NCBI GenBank assembly: GCA_963662315.1
Contig: OY759353.1
Coordinates: 2,016,001-2,080,000 of the forward strand
Reading direction: 5' to 3'
Source of the DNA: Geopsychrobacteraceae bacterium
Lineage (GTDB): Bacteria > Desulfobacterota > Desulfuromonadia > Desulfuromonadales > Geopsychrobacteraceae
DNA: 64,000 bases
Below the pieces are notes generated by a model. That model was not told where the DNA came from, did no database searches, and was given only the letters and a program-made list of their open reading frames with translations. Of the stretch, positions 10,429 through 20,706 are shown piece by piece (within the stretch, counting starts at the first letter, position 1; each line of letters begins with the position of its first letter). Position numbers and translations under genes: made by a program.

Positions 10429-11337
10429 TCACCTTCCTCTGTCTTCAATACCACGTAAATCCTGTAAAAATTCCTGATAAAACCGATGCTCCCGGCTGGT
10501 CGCGCCACGCAGTCCCACCACCTTGCCGGCAAACATCTGGGCAGCATGCAACGCGCAGGTCACACTCCAGCCCTGAAGCAGGCCATGGAGATAGACCGCT
10601 GTAAAAGCGTCACCGGCACCAACCGTATCAACAACTTCAGTTGCGACAGGTGGTGTGCCCCTGTGGATACGGCCATCAGCACTGCACACAAAAGCGCCAT
10701 CGCGCCCGCAGGTGACGATCAGTTGCTCAAGGTCAAAACGCCGTACAAACTCGCGCGCGGCATCTCCGTCACTTGCAGCACCATCTCCCAGGAGATGCAG
10801 CTCTTCTCTATTTAATTTAACCCAGCGCGCTTCTTCGAGCCAAACCAGCACTTGTTCCTTATTCCACCAGGGCGTTCGCAAATTGACATCAACAAAAATA
10901 GCGGGGTCAAAAATCTTCTTGGCTGCCTTCAGCGCTCTTTGGCTGACATCATTACGCAGAGCCAGGGTGCCATGATACAAAATGCCCTGCGCAGCCATGG
11001 CAGGAGGCAATGCTGTGGCATCGATAAAATCATAAGCACAGTCAGGCACAATCCGATAGACGGGCTCGCCGCCTGCAAATTGGACATCCACCTTTCCGCT
11101 GGGGTGCAGCCTATCCTCCTGCAGCCCTGCCAGGGACAATTTCCACTCCAGCATGGCCGTTCTGATCTCCCGCCCCGCCTGGTCACAACCAACGCGCGAG
11201 AGCAAAAGCGGCGCATCCCCCATGGCCTGTAAATGCCAGGCGACATTAAACGGGGCACCACCAAGAACCGTTTTCCCGTCAGGGAACACGTCAAAAAGGA
11301 CTTCCCCAAAGACATAGATTGCTGAATCTGTTTTCAA
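10429..11337 (-). CDS. PfkB-family fructokinase
   Basis: GEVLFD, GGAPFNVA, DVNLR, DTVGAGDAF; sucrose-operon context. Confidence 0.9.
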   Translation of the reverse strand: MKTDSAIYVFGEVLFDVFPDGKTVLGGAPFNVAWHLQAMGDAPLLLSRVGCDQAGREIRTAMLEWKLSLAGLQEDRLHPSGKVDVQFAGGEPVYRIVPDCAYDFIDATALPPAMAAQGILYHGTLALRNDVSQRALKAAKKIFDPAIFVDVNLRTPWWNKEQVLVWLEEARWVKLNREELHLLGDGAASDGDAAREFVRRFDLEQLIVTCGRDGAFVCSADGRIHRGTPPVATEVVDTVGAGDAFTAVYLHGLLQGWSVTCALHAAQMFAGKVVGLRGATSREHRFYQEFLQDLRGIEDRGR

Positions 11338-12188
11338 GCGACAATCCTTTGTACTGTGTCACGTAACTCAGGGTAAAAATGGAGAATTCCCTGTATCACA
11401 CCCGAACAATAGTTGCCATTGCCGGGCCAGCCATCCGGACCGGCGAGATACAGGCGTTGGGCAAAGCCCTTGCTGGCAGCTCGTTGCAGTGCAGTCTCAC
11501 GCACCTCGCTCTGTCCGTTGGCAACTAAAACGGCCGGAATACGACTTTCGAGTACGGCGAGGTCATTGCCGCTGTCACCGGCAAAGAGAAGTTCTGTTTC
11601 GTCATAGCCCAGGTAACGGGCAATAAAACTCAGGGCATTCAGCTTATCTGCGCTTTTCGGCAACACATCAATCAGACCGACATGGGCGGCTTCGTCAACA
11701 CTCCAGATCAGAGTAGCAGCAACACCAAGATTTTCCAGAACGGCTTCCATCCTGGCCATGATGGCGTGTGACTGAGCGTTCAGGTTGAGATAATAACTTA
11801 ACTTGAAATGGTTCTGCTTGCTCTGTTCCTGAAGTTCAAGTTGATCAATGGGAGCCAGGGCGCGTTTGAGGTCCGCGTGCAAACGGCCATGCCAGTCAGG
11901 AGCAATGGTTTGCTGCCATAGATCGACAGAGTCCCAGTTATCACCCGTGATCCGATAAAGCATCGAACCAACATCGGTGATAGCAAAATCAGGAACCGGC
12001 AGCTGATATTCGGTAATCGCCTGCCTGGCCAGATGCTCATCCCTGCCAGTGGCATAAACCAGACAGATCCGCTCATCGCCACACAAGCGGCGGAACCATT
12101 CCCGCGCACCAGGGGTTTCTGACTGAGTCCCATTTGGGATCACCGTCCGGTCCATATCGGTACACAGCAACAACCGTAATGCGCTCAC
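11334..12188 (-). CDS. spp: Sucrose-phosphate phosphatase (HAD-IIB)
   Basis: TDMDRT, ATGR, K, AGDSGND HAD motifs; overlaps the sps stop. Confidence 0.85.
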   Translation of the reverse strand: MSALRLLLCTDMDRTVIPNGTQSETPGAREWFRRLCGDERICLVYATGRDEHLARQAITEYQLPVPDFAITDVGSMLYRITGDNWDSVDLWQQTIAPDWHGRLHADLKRALAPIDQLELQEQSKQNHFKLSYYLNLNAQSHAIMARMEAVLENLGVAATLIWSVDEAAHVGLIDVLPKSADKLNALSFIARYLGYDETELLFAGDSGNDLAVLESRIPAVLVANGQSEVRETALQRAASKGFAQRLYLAGPDGWPGNGNYCSGVIQGILHFYPELRDTVQRIVA

Positions 12189-14359
12189 TCGGCCCCCTTC
12201 TCCCGCGGATCACGACAGTTACCGAAGAAGTCATAAAAATGCAGAGCTTCAAGAATTCCGGCGGCGTAGGGCTGTTTTGAAAAATAGATCCGCTCCAGAT
12301 CAATGAGGCCTGAAAGCTCTTCGTCATGGCGGTTGGCAACCACCGCTGCCAGAGTATTCCCCCGCATCAAGGCCTCGTCGGCTCCCGAACCTCCGGCGAC
12401 AAAAACGCGTTCCAGAGGAATATTTTTCAGGGCGGGAAGATAACGCAACGCCAACCCCTTCGAGGCACGAAGCGGCAAAATATCCATAAACTGCCCGAAT
12501 GCGACCTGAACATGCACCGACTGTTCATGCTGATGCAGTAATGATTGAATATCCTCAACATCGATCAGATCCGGATCAATATAATAACTCAACTTAAAGC
12601 GACTCTGCTCAGAGCGGGGCTGCAACTTGAGGCCCGGCATATCACTCAATAAGGACCTGATCAGGCGCGGTGTCCAGAGATAGGCAATATGCCGACTCCA
12701 GCCGATATCGGCGACCAGTCCGGGAGTGTAGTAAATTTCCGTACCACTGCTGGCGATCAGGACATGAGGTTCTGGTATGCGGTGCTGCTTCAATAGCTTT
12801 AATGCCGAATCAAGACGTCGCCCGGTCGCAAGAACCTGTAACGTATTGCTGCGATGTTGGCGCAGCAAAGAGACTAGCTGCTGAAGGGCGGTGGCATCCC
12901 CGATCATGCTTAAATCGAGGTCACTGACAAACACGCGATCTCGATACGATCCCGAGGTCAAAACCACCGGCTGATGTTTCGGCGCTTTTCGGCACCTTGC
13001 CAGTGGCATAATCTGTTCCAGATAACGGTTGGCGTGGGATTGCCAGGAATAATGTTCTCGCACTCCGCTAAGGCCCTGCTTGCGGCACTGCTGCCACAAA
13101 TCATTATCCTTGAGCAATCTAAGCAGAGCGTCAGCAATAGCTTCCGTATTCAGGGGATCAACCAGCAAACCATTATCACAGTTGGCGATAATATCGCGCG
13201 GGCCACCATCCTCTGTCGCAACAATGGGCAACCCGGATGCGGCGGCTTCAATCAAAGTCAGGCCAAAGGGTTCTGTCAGCGCTGGATTGACAAAAACACC
13301 ACCCGTTGCTGCCGCGCAGCGATAAATCAGCGGGACCTGGCTGCGTTCGTGATGTTTGGGAAGTGCAACGCGGCCATACAGATCATAACGGTCAATCGCG
13401 ATTAACAGGTCCTGAAAAACCTCCTGAGCCCCCTCTTCCAGCTCTTCAATATCGTCCCGGTTTCCCGCTATAATCACCAGATTTGCCAAGCGCTGCAGTT
13501 CATCTGATCGGCCAAAGGCCTCAACCAGGGCACAGATATTTTTCCGCTTATCCGGGCGGCTTAAAGCCAGCACCAATGGTTTATAGGACTCCTTCAGATG
13601 GCGCGTAAGCATCAGGAACAACCCACTTTTCAGATCGTCAGGCTCGGAAGGTTGGAATTTTGTCAGATCGGTGCCGGGCGGAATAACCAGCATCTGCTCG
13701 GGTTGATAATAATCATAAAACTCATACTGTTCATGAATCTCCTGGCGAGTACTGGTAATAACCCGTTGAGCCGTCGCCAGCGTCATCTCTTCGGCATGAA
13801 TACGCCGCGTCATATTGAAACGGGATTCGATCTCCTCATTACTCAGACCACTATCTAAAAATCGATTGAGCTTTACGCGCCCCAGGCTGTGGCCGGTATG
13901 AATCAACCCGACGCCAAAACGCTGGGACAGCAAAGAACCAACATAGCCGGCATCGGCATAATGGCTGTGCAGGATATTCGGAACCCTCCCCTGTTCCTGA
14001 AAATAAAGGGCCAGATTATCAGCAAAGCCGTCAAGATGATCCCACAGCTGCTCTTTGGCAATATATTCCTCTGGACCGGCATCAATGCGCACAATGCGGC
14101 ACCTATCGTTGAGAACCTCAACAGTTTGGGCATAATCGTCATCAACCCTGGGATCGACAACCTTACGCGTGACCAGATCAACCCTGCCCACCGCGGGTAA
14201 TTGTGAAAGCGCCTGGGCAAGTTCGACAACATAGAGAGTCTGTCCACCGGTATCCGAGTCACGCCCCAACTCAAGGTTATGCCCACGGATAAGCCCGTGA
14301 ATGCTGATTAAACAGATGTACAAGGAAGAACCGGGATGTACCTCAACACGCGTATTCAT
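12185..14359 (-). CDS. sps: Sucrose-phosphate synthase with C-terminal SPP-like domain
   Basis: SIHGLIRG, ELGRDSDTGGQ, HYADAG, NPALTEPFGLTLIEAAA. Start at ATG 14359, because the longer track ORF runs into the tRNA terminator. Confidence 0.93.
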   Translation of the reverse strand: MNTRVEVHPGSSLYICLISIHGLIRGHNLELGRDSDTGGQTLYVVELAQALSQLPAVGRVDLVTRKVVDPRVDDDYAQTVEVLNDRCRIVRIDAGPEEYIAKEQLWDHLDGFADNLALYFQEQGRVPNILHSHYADAGYVGSLLSQRFGVGLIHTGHSLGRVKLNRFLDSGLSNEEIESRFNMTRRIHAEEMTLATAQRVITSTRQEIHEQYEFYDYYQPEQMLVIPPGTDLTKFQPSEPDDLKSGLFLMLTRHLKESYKPLVLALSRPDKRKNICALVEAFGRSDELQRLANLVIIAGNRDDIEELEEGAQEVFQDLLIAIDRYDLYGRVALPKHHERSQVPLIYRCAAATGGVFVNPALTEPFGLTLIEAAASGLPIVATEDGGPRDIIANCDNGLLVDPLNTEAIADALLRLLKDNDLWQQCRKQGLSGVREHYSWQSHANRYLEQIMPLARCRKAPKHQPVVLTSGSYRDRVFVSDLDLSMIGDATALQQLVSLLRQHRSNTLQVLATGRRLDSALKLLKQHRIPEPHVLIASSGTEIYYTPGLVADIGWSRHIAYLWTPRLIRSLLSDMPGLKLQPRSEQSRFKLSYYIDPDLIDVEDIQSLLHQHEQSVHVQVAFGQFMDILPLRASKGLALRYLPALKNIPLERVFVAGGSGADEALMRGNTLAAVVANRHDEELSGLIDLERIYFSKQPYAAGILEALHFYDFFGNCRDPREKGAE

Positions 14360-14542
14360 GACAAAAACTTTGTGAGAAGATTGAAGAAAGTCTTTCCGCA
14401 CTTGGGAAAATACTGATTTACGTATACTTATAACCATAACAAGTGACGTGGTGGGATTCAAGGAGGGGGGAAGGAAAACTTTCAGAGCGGTCCCATAAAG
14501 AAAAAGCCCCACTGTCGTCACAGTGAGGCTTTTTCTTTTAGT

Positions 14543-14620
14543 TGGCGTCCCCAGGGGGATTCGAACCCCCGTCGCCGCCGTGAAAGGGCGGTGTCCTGGG
14601 CCAGGCTAGACGATAGGGAC
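14543..14620 (-). tRNA. tRNA-Glu (TTC), copy 2
   Basis: Identical to 8177-8254. Terminator hairpin at about 14501-14535. Confidence 0.97.
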
Positions 14621-14675
14621 TTATCTATAATAAAGCCCCCGCGAGAAATGTCCTCGCAGAGCGTTGCTTTTGAAG

Positions 14676-14751
14676 TGGTGAGCCGGACTGGGATCGAACC
14701 AGTGACCATCTGATTAAAAGTCAGATGCTCTACCTACTGAGCTACCGGCCC
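14676..14751 (-). tRNA. tRNA-Lys (TTT), copy 1
   Basis: GGGCCGGTAGCTCAG...TCTGA-CTTTTAA-TCAGA...GGTTCGATCC...CACCA. Confidence 0.97.
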
Positions 14752-14766
14752 TTGCAACGGTCGAGA

Positions 14767-14795
14767 TTTATACTGAATTGAACAGATCAAGTCAA
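14767..14795 (-). promoter_or_regulatory. sigma70 promoter of a tRNA-Lys/Glu cassette
   Basis: TTGACT-N17-TATAAA. Confidence 0.7.
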
Positions 14796-14989
14796 CCCAT
14801 AAAAGCAGTTTTTTTCTATTTGATGCAAAAAAATAGAAGCTCGCAGAAGAACCATCAGGGTCATGGATCGAGTACAGGTTCAGGACCGCTTGCTTGACAA
14901 CTGGGTTGTAACAGGTTGGAACGTTGGTTAGTTGGGGATCAGCCGTGGAATGAATTTCGATCATCACATGACCTCCTCTTGTGTACGCA

Positions 14990-15490
14990 TTAAGATCGTT
15001 CTGCGAGCATGTCGAAATAATCGACATGCGGTGGCAATGTCAACGCTTTGGGGCGTAACGCTTGAATAGCATTTTTTACGAAAGCTTTGTTGTTCCCGCG
15101 CTCCAGCATTATTTGTGCTGCCATCAACCCGGTACGCCCGGAACCGCCCTTACAGTGAATAGCAATGGTTTTGCCTTCAGTTAACAGCTGATGCACAGCG
15201 GGTCCTGCATGCAGCCAAGCCTTGGTAAAATCATCTTTTGGCGCACGATCGTCCTCAATGGGGCAGTGGAACCACTGCAAGCCATGTGTTGCGCATAAAA
15301 CTGCCAGCCCATCTGCCTTGTGTTGAATCAACTCTTCTTTTGTCATTAATGTAATCAGCGCAGCAGCACCTGCCTGACATAAGGTGGCTAAGGCATCGTC
15401 AATGGAAGTTTCTTTGGTGCCAGGACAAGGTGTAAAGATCAATGCTCCAGTACCTTCATTCAGCGCAAGTATATCAAATGGGTGTGGCAT
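14990..15490 (-). CDS. Cys-based protein-tyrosine/dual-specificity phosphatase-family protein (CDKN3-like, ars-associated)
   Basis: TPCPGTK, PIEDD, HCKGGSGRTG (CX5R). Confidence 0.85.
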   Translation of the reverse strand: MPHPFDILALNEGTGALIFTPCPGTKETSIDDALATLCQAGAAALITLMTKEELIQHKADGLAVLCATHGLQWFHCPIEDDRAPKDDFTKAWLHAGPAVHQLLTEGKTIAIHCKGGSGRTGLMAAQIMLERGNNKAFVKNAIQALRPKALTLPPHVDYFDMLAERS

Positions 15491-15609
15491 AAATATCCTT
15501 TTATGTTAAAGGTGATTCGTGAGAAGTCTTTGGCTAAACGATGGCGACGATATGCCTCCAACAACCAGAGAGTTAACAATTTAGGCGATATTTCCTTGCG
15601 GCCTCACTT

Positions 15610-16809
15610 TTAAGATTTAACCTTTTCCGTATCAAACCAGCCAACCGTTTTTTTGCAGATTCCCACCAGCATTAACATGACAGGTACCTCGATAAGGACA
15701 CCGACCACGGTGGCCAGGGCGGCACCGGAGGACAGGCCGAACAGCATGACCGAGGTTGCGATTGCGACTTCAAAGTGATTTGAAGCACCAATCATGGCTG
15801 CCGGTGCGGCATCCGCGTAGTTGAGCTTGAGGATCTTTGCTGCGCCGTAGCCCAGGCCGAAAATAAAAACGGTTTGTAGAAACAATGGGATAGCTATCCA
15901 GAGGATGGTGAGCGGGTTAGCCAGAATGGTTTCCCCCTTAAAGCTGAATAACAGCACCAGGGTCAGCAACAGTGCGCAGATGGTCACGGGGGTCAAGACG
16001 TGAAGAAACCTTTCCTTGAACCACTCTTCTCCCTTGTGAGCAATAAGCCATTTCCGGGAAAAATAGCCTGCCATCAGCGGCAATGCTACATAGATGGCAA
16101 CGGATAACAGCAATGCCTGCCACGGAACCGGGAGCTTGCCGACACCCAGTAAAAATCCGCCCAACACACCGTAAAGAACCAGCATGGTCAGTGAGTTGAT
16201 GGCAACCATAACGAGCGTCAGCCCATCATTCCCCCGAGCCAGATAGCCCCAGACCAGAACCATGGCGGTACAGGGTGCGATCCCGAGCAAAATGCATCCG
16301 GCAAAATAACTGCGCCACAGCGGAATCTGGAGCATCTTGACGCCTTCATGCAAAACCACGGTTCCGGCACCGTGTCCCGCACCAACCGGCAGATCAAGAC
16401 CGAACGGCATTTTTACCAGGTCCATCGCTTCGCTGCCAATCAAGCCTTTGAGCAGGACGCCAAGGAACAACATGGCGAAAAAATACATGGTAAACGGTTT
16501 GATACACCAGTTGATGAACAGGGTCAGGAAAACCGGTTTTCCGCTTTTCCCGGCTTTGACCACGCTGGCAAAATCGATCTTGACCATGATCGGGTACATC
16601 ATGAAGAACAGGCAGATGGCAATCGGAATGGAAACAACTGGCGCACCATTGACAGTGATACTCATGCCGTCCAGTGTTTGTGCCAATGTCGGAGAAAATT
16701 TTCCAAGCAGGATTCCGACAACAATACACAAACCGACCCAGACAGTCAGATACTTTTCAAAAATGCTGGTCATCTGCCGGTCACTGACCGGGCACATATC
16801 ATGTTTCAT
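15610..16809 (-). CDS. acr3: Acr3 arsenite efflux transporter
   Basis: [38 protein letters not shown]. Confidence 0.95.
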   Translation of the reverse strand: MKHDMCPVSDRQMTSIFEKYLTVWVGLCIVVGILLGKFSPTLAQTLDGMSITVNGAPVVSIPIAICLFFMMYPIMVKIDFASVVKAGKSGKPVFLTLFINWCIKPFTMYFFAMLFLGVLLKGLIGSEAMDLVKMPFGLDLPVGAGHGAGTVVLHEGVKMLQIPLWRSYFAGCILLGIAPCTAMVLVWGYLARGNDGLTLVMVAINSLTMLVLYGVLGGFLLGVGKLPVPWQALLLSVAIYVALPLMAGYFSRKWLIAHKGEEWFKERFLHVLTPVTICALLLTLVLLFSFKGETILANPLTILWIAIPLFLQTVFIFGLGYGAAKILKLNYADAAPAAMIGASNHFEVAIATSVMLFGLSSGAALATVVGVLIEVPVMLMLVGICKKTVGWFDTEKVKS

Positions 16810-16889
16810 ACCTTACCTCCGTACCGTAATCTATCCGCTCAAATAGCTCGAATGAAAACGGGACAACAATATGTTCATTATTGCGTAGT

Positions 16890-18116
16890 TTACTCAGATG
16901 GGATACCTGCTACCTGTCCTCGTGGTAATTTCATGGAAATCCCTCCGGCCATTAACACAAACAGGGCAGAGACCCAAAGACAGCCAACCAACCCCGCCAA
17001 CTGGAAGACAATCCCCGATAACAGAGTACCAACCAGCCTGCCGGCAGCATTGGCCATGTAATAAAAGCCAACATTAAGGGCCGTATCATCCGCTTCGGTA
17101 TAGGCGAGAATCAGGTAACTGTGCACCGAGGAATTAACGGCGAAGATAAACCCAAACAGAGCCAAACCTGCAATAACTGTCAACCAGGGAGACAGGTTGA
17201 ACATGACACCGACAGCTATCAATGCTGTCAGACCAGCTAAAGCGAAAGCCCCAACACTTGCCGTACCTCCTCGGGGAGTGCCCCCACGTAGGCCGGATTT
17301 CAGAAATTTAGGTGCCAGTGCCTGGACTCCGCCATAGCCGATCACCCAAAGGGCAAGAAAACCACCAACCTCGGTATGACCCCAGCCCAGGCTTGCTGAT
17401 AAAAAGACTGGCAGGCCAACAACAAACCAGATATCCCGAGATCCGAACAGGAACAGTCGGGCTGCGGAAAGCAGATTGATATTGCGGCTTTTAGAGAAGA
17501 TGGCCGAAAATTTTGTTTTCTTCTTCGCCACGCCGATCTCCCTCGGCAGAGACAACGCCGTTGCCACCAACACGATAAGCAGACCCGCAGCCATCAGCCA
17601 CAGTGATCCTCGGAAACCGACACTCGCCAGTAACAGCCCACCAAGAAAGAAACCTGCTCCTTTCAAAGCATTTTTAGATCCGGTCAGCAATGCGACCCAT
17701 TTAAACAGGGCACTATCAGCATCCTCAGGGACCAAAACCTTGATGGCACTTTTGCTGCTCATTTTAGTCAGGTCCTTGGCAATACCCGATAGCGCCTGTA
17801 GACCCATCACATAACAAACCGAGAAAACAGGTGCCCAAGCCGGATCGAGCAGTCCCAGGGCAAACAATGCGCCAACCTGAAGGGCCAACCCGGCAAATAA
17901 GGTGACTTTCAGCCCCAGGTGCGATCCGATCCAGCCGCCGATCAGGTTGGTCACCACCCCGAAGAACTCGTAGAGCAGAAACAGAAATGCAATCTGCACC
18001 GCACTGTAACCGAGCTCGTAGAAGTGCAACAGCACCAGCATGCGCAGAGCACCGTCGGTCAGGGTAAAGCCCCAATAGGCTCCAGTGACCAGGGCGTAGT
18101 TCCGAACCCCGCTCAT
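16890..18116 (-). CDS. arsJ: Organoarsenical efflux MFS transporter ArsJ
   Basis: [45 protein letters not shown]-coupled to the GAPDH gene. Confidence 0.92.
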   Translation of the reverse strand: MSGVRNYALVTGAYWGFTLTDGALRMLVLLHFYELGYSAVQIAFLFLLYEFFGVVTNLIGGWIGSHLGLKVTLFAGLALQVGALFALGLLDPAWAPVFSVCYVMGLQALSGIAKDLTKMSSKSAIKVLVPEDADSALFKWVALLTGSKNALKGAGFFLGGLLLASVGFRGSLWLMAAGLLIVLVATALSLPREIGVAKKKTKFSAIFSKSRNINLLSAARLFLFGSRDIWFVVGLPVFLSASLGWGHTEVGGFLALWVIGYGGVQALAPKFLKSGLRGGTPRGGTASVGAFALAGLTALIAVGVMFNLSPWLTVIAGLALFGFIFAVNSSVHSYLILAYTEADDTALNVGFYYMANAAGRLVGTLLSGIVFQLAGLVGCLWVSALFVLMAGGISMKLPRGQVAGIPSE

Positions 18117-19123
18117 GACAGGCTCACGGCCACCTTCCGGCACAACTCCATCATGCGGTTGGCATAGCCCATTTCATTGTCATACCAGATATAGACCTTC
18201 AGTTGCGTGCCATTGACGACCATGGTTGAAGGTCCATCAACAATCCCCGAACGGGTGTCGCTCTTGAAATCAATGGAGACCAGGGGGCGATCTTCGATGC
18301 CCAGGATTCCGTTAAGATAGGTGTCAGCAGCTTCATGAAACAGGCCGTTCACTTCTTCAACAGTCACTTCGCGTTGCATTTCGAAAACGGCGTCGGTGAT
18401 GGAGCCGGTCAAAAGAGGCACCCGGATGGCATGGCCGTTGAGTTTGCCTTTCAGTTCCGGATAGATAAGTGTGATGGCCGTTGCACTGCCTGTGGTAGTC
18501 GGAATCAGCGACATGCTTGCCGCCCGGGCTCGGCGCAGATCCTTGTGCGGCGCATCGATAACCACTTGGGTGTTGGTGGCGTCATGGATCGTGGTGATGC
18601 TACCGTGGGCAATGCCGATCTTTTCGTGCAGCACCTTGACCACCGGAGCCAGGCAGTTAGTGGTGCAGCTCGCCGCCGTCAGCAGATGGTGCTCGGCCGG
18701 ATTGTAAAGATCATCGTTGACACCCATGACGATATTCAGGGCACCGTGTTTTACAGGAGCTGCAACGACCACCTTTTTTACCCCTCGATCATAATAAGGC
18801 TGCAGCAGTTCGGTTGTACGAAATTTGCCAGACGATTCAATGACAATATCGACACCAAGATCATCCCATGGGACCTCCCCCGGAGTCTTATGTTCGGAAA
18901 AAGAAACCTGCTTGCCATCGACGCTGATCGCAGCGTCGGTATAAGCGATCTCATGGGGCCAACGACCGTGGACCGAATCAAATTCCAGCAAATGAGCGGC
19001 ACATTCAGGGCCACCCTTAACTTCATTGATATGAACAATTTCAAATTCAGGCCAGTCCCAGGCGGCGCGGAATGCCAGACGCCCCATACGGCCAAATCCG
19101 TTAATACCAACACGAATACCCAT
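18113..19123 (-). CDS. gap: ArsJ-associated glyceraldehyde-3-phosphate dehydrogenase
   Basis: [24 protein letters not shown]; adjacent to arsJ. Confidence 0.93.
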   Translation of the reverse strand: MGIRVGINGFGRMGRLAFRAAWDWPEFEIVHINEVKGGPECAAHLLEFDSVHGRWPHEIAYTDAAISVDGKQVSFSEHKTPGEVPWDDLGVDIVIESSGKFRTTELLQPYYDRGVKKVVVAAPVKHGALNIVMGVNDDLYNPAEHHLLTAASCTTNCLAPVVKVLHEKIGIAHGSITTIHDATNTQVVIDAPHKDLRRARAASMSLIPTTTGSATAITLIYPELKGKLNGHAIRVPLLTGSITDAVFEMQREVTVEEVNGLFHEAADTYLNGILGIEDRPLVSIDFKSDTRSGIVDGPSTMVVNGTQLKVYIWYDNEMGYANRMMELCRKVAVSLS

Positions 19124-19309
19124 ATTGCGAACCCTTTCATTATTCAGAGATTATAAATATCGCTATAAAAAAATCAGCGGCAATGCACACCGCTTCTTTC
19201 TGGCTGATACTGATTGAATTTTAAAATATCATTAGCTGCACAAGCGGAGGGCTGTCAAGATTAGGAGGCATCCGTTAACAGGTAGATGCAAAAAATTTTC
19301 GATTAATAG

Positions 19310-20011
19310 TCATGTCGCTGAATAGATCAACCAGATGCCACCGGCAACAACCAACGCGCCGCAGACTCTTTTGATCCAGAGTGTCCCTTTGGAACCTTCG
19401 TTCCAGTTGAGATAATGCTGAACCTTTTCGCTAAAGGTCCCGGCAAAAACGATCACCGCACAGTGCCCGATGCCGTAAGCGAGCAACAGCATGACAGCGA
19501 AAAGCAGGTTCTCTGCAGCCTCGGTAAATGCCACCCCGAGAACCGGGCCCATAAAGGCAAAAGTACAGGGTCCAAGAGCTATCCCGAAAACAAGTCCGAG
19601 AAGCAGTGCCGCCCAAAGGCCCTTGCGCTGCATACCGACCTGTCCGGGACCTGACCAGGGCATAGGGATGAGCCCCCACAGATGCAGGCCAAAGAGCAAA
19701 AAAATGACGGCAACCAACCAGTTTCCCCAGGCCCCGATATCTCCCAGCATTCTTCCCGCCAGGGCGGTCAGCAGACCGATCAGCGCAATCGAGACCAGAA
19801 TGCCGATGGCAAACAGGCTGGAGATGCTAAATGCACGCCTGGTGTTCATTTGTCCCTGACCGTCGATAAAACCGACGATCAGGGGGATACTTGCCAGATG
19901 ACAGGGTGAAAGCAGGATACTCAATACACCCCAGCCGGCTGCAGCGCCAAGAGCAATGGCAGGAGCTCCGCTGACCGCCTGCCCCAACCCGGTCATGAGC
20001 TGTTCGATCAT
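19310..20011 (-). CDS. CcdA/DsbD-family thiol:disulfide interchange membrane protein
   Basis: LSPCHL and LGPCTF TM cysteines; about six TM helices. Confidence 0.85.
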   Translation of the reverse strand: MIEQLMTGLGQAVSGAPAIALGAAAGWGVLSILLSPCHLASIPLIVGFIDGQGQMNTRRAFSISSLFAIGILVSIALIGLLTALAGRMLGDIGAWGNWLVAVIFLLFGLHLWGLIPMPWSGPGQVGMQRKGLWAALLLGLVFGIALGPCTFAFMGPVLGVAFTEAAENLLFAVMLLLAYGIGHCAVIVFAGTFSEKVQHYLNWNEGSKGTLWIKRVCGALVVAGGIWLIYSAT

Positions 20012-20364
20012 CAGTTGCTCCCGCTGAAATCGTAACCGAGCTCACGCCATTTAGACAGAATTTCCTCGCGGCCATAGAACCCGACATGGCGGAACAGTTC
20101 TTTCCCATCCGCCGCATAAAAGATCTGGGTGGGGATCATCCTGACATTATATTTCGCCGCTTCTTCCCGGTACTTCCAGACATCGACAAAATTGACGTCC
20201 ATGCTTCCGGCGAAGTCCTCTTTTAACTGCTCAAGGATCGGGGCCATTTTAATGCAGGGAATGCACTTATCGGCACCGACATCAACCAGCTTGGGCAACT
20301 CTTCTGCCTGACAACTGACGGCAAAAAAAGCTAATAAAAAAAGAAGAAGAGAGGCTTTTTTCAT
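20011..20364 (-). CDS. Exported thioredoxin-family protein (possible lipoprotein)
   Basis: MKK plus hydrophobic signal ending AVSC; CIPC active site; IPT cis-Pro. Confidence 0.85.
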   Translation of the reverse strand: MKKASLLLFLLAFFAVSCQAEELPKLVDVGADKCIPCIKMAPILEQLKEDFAGSMDVNFVDVWKYREEAAKYNVRMIPTQIFYAADGKELFRHVGFYGREEILSKWRELGYDFSGSN

Positions 20365-20368
20365 CGCG

Positions 20369-20602
20369 TTAACCGAGCATTTTTTCGATTTCAGCCGGAC
20401 TCGGCAGCTTACCGACAGATACCACCTTGCCATCGACAACAAGTCCAGGTGTGGTCATGACACCGAAATTCATAATCTGGGCAAGATCGGTGATTTTTTC
20501 CATTTCATATTCAACACCAAGGTTTTTTGCGGCCTGTTCGGCATTTTCCGCAAGTTTTTTACATTTGGCACAACCGGTACCAAGAATCTGAATTTTTTTC
20601 AT
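20369..20602 (-). CDS. Small redox-active disulfide protein (thioredoxin_3/MTH895-like)
   Basis: ILGTGCAKC, GVMTTPGLVVDG. Confidence 0.88.
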   Translation of the reverse strand: MKKIQILGTGCAKCKKLAENAEQAAKNLGVEYEMEKITDLAQIMNFGVMTTPGLVVDGKVVSVGKLPSPAEIEKMLG

Positions 20603-20706
20603 GAGATAATCTCCTTTTTGGGTATGTAGTTATGAACAACAGCGTCTGCGGGAGCTTCCAAAACATTTTCTGTAAATGAAAAGGCAATACAACGCCCTCC
20701 TCGGCA

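Noticed and set aside
16815..16885. Possible arsC remnant (MNILL...) between arsJ and acr3
   Set aside because: Only 15 codons and no CX5R motif; too little to support the call.
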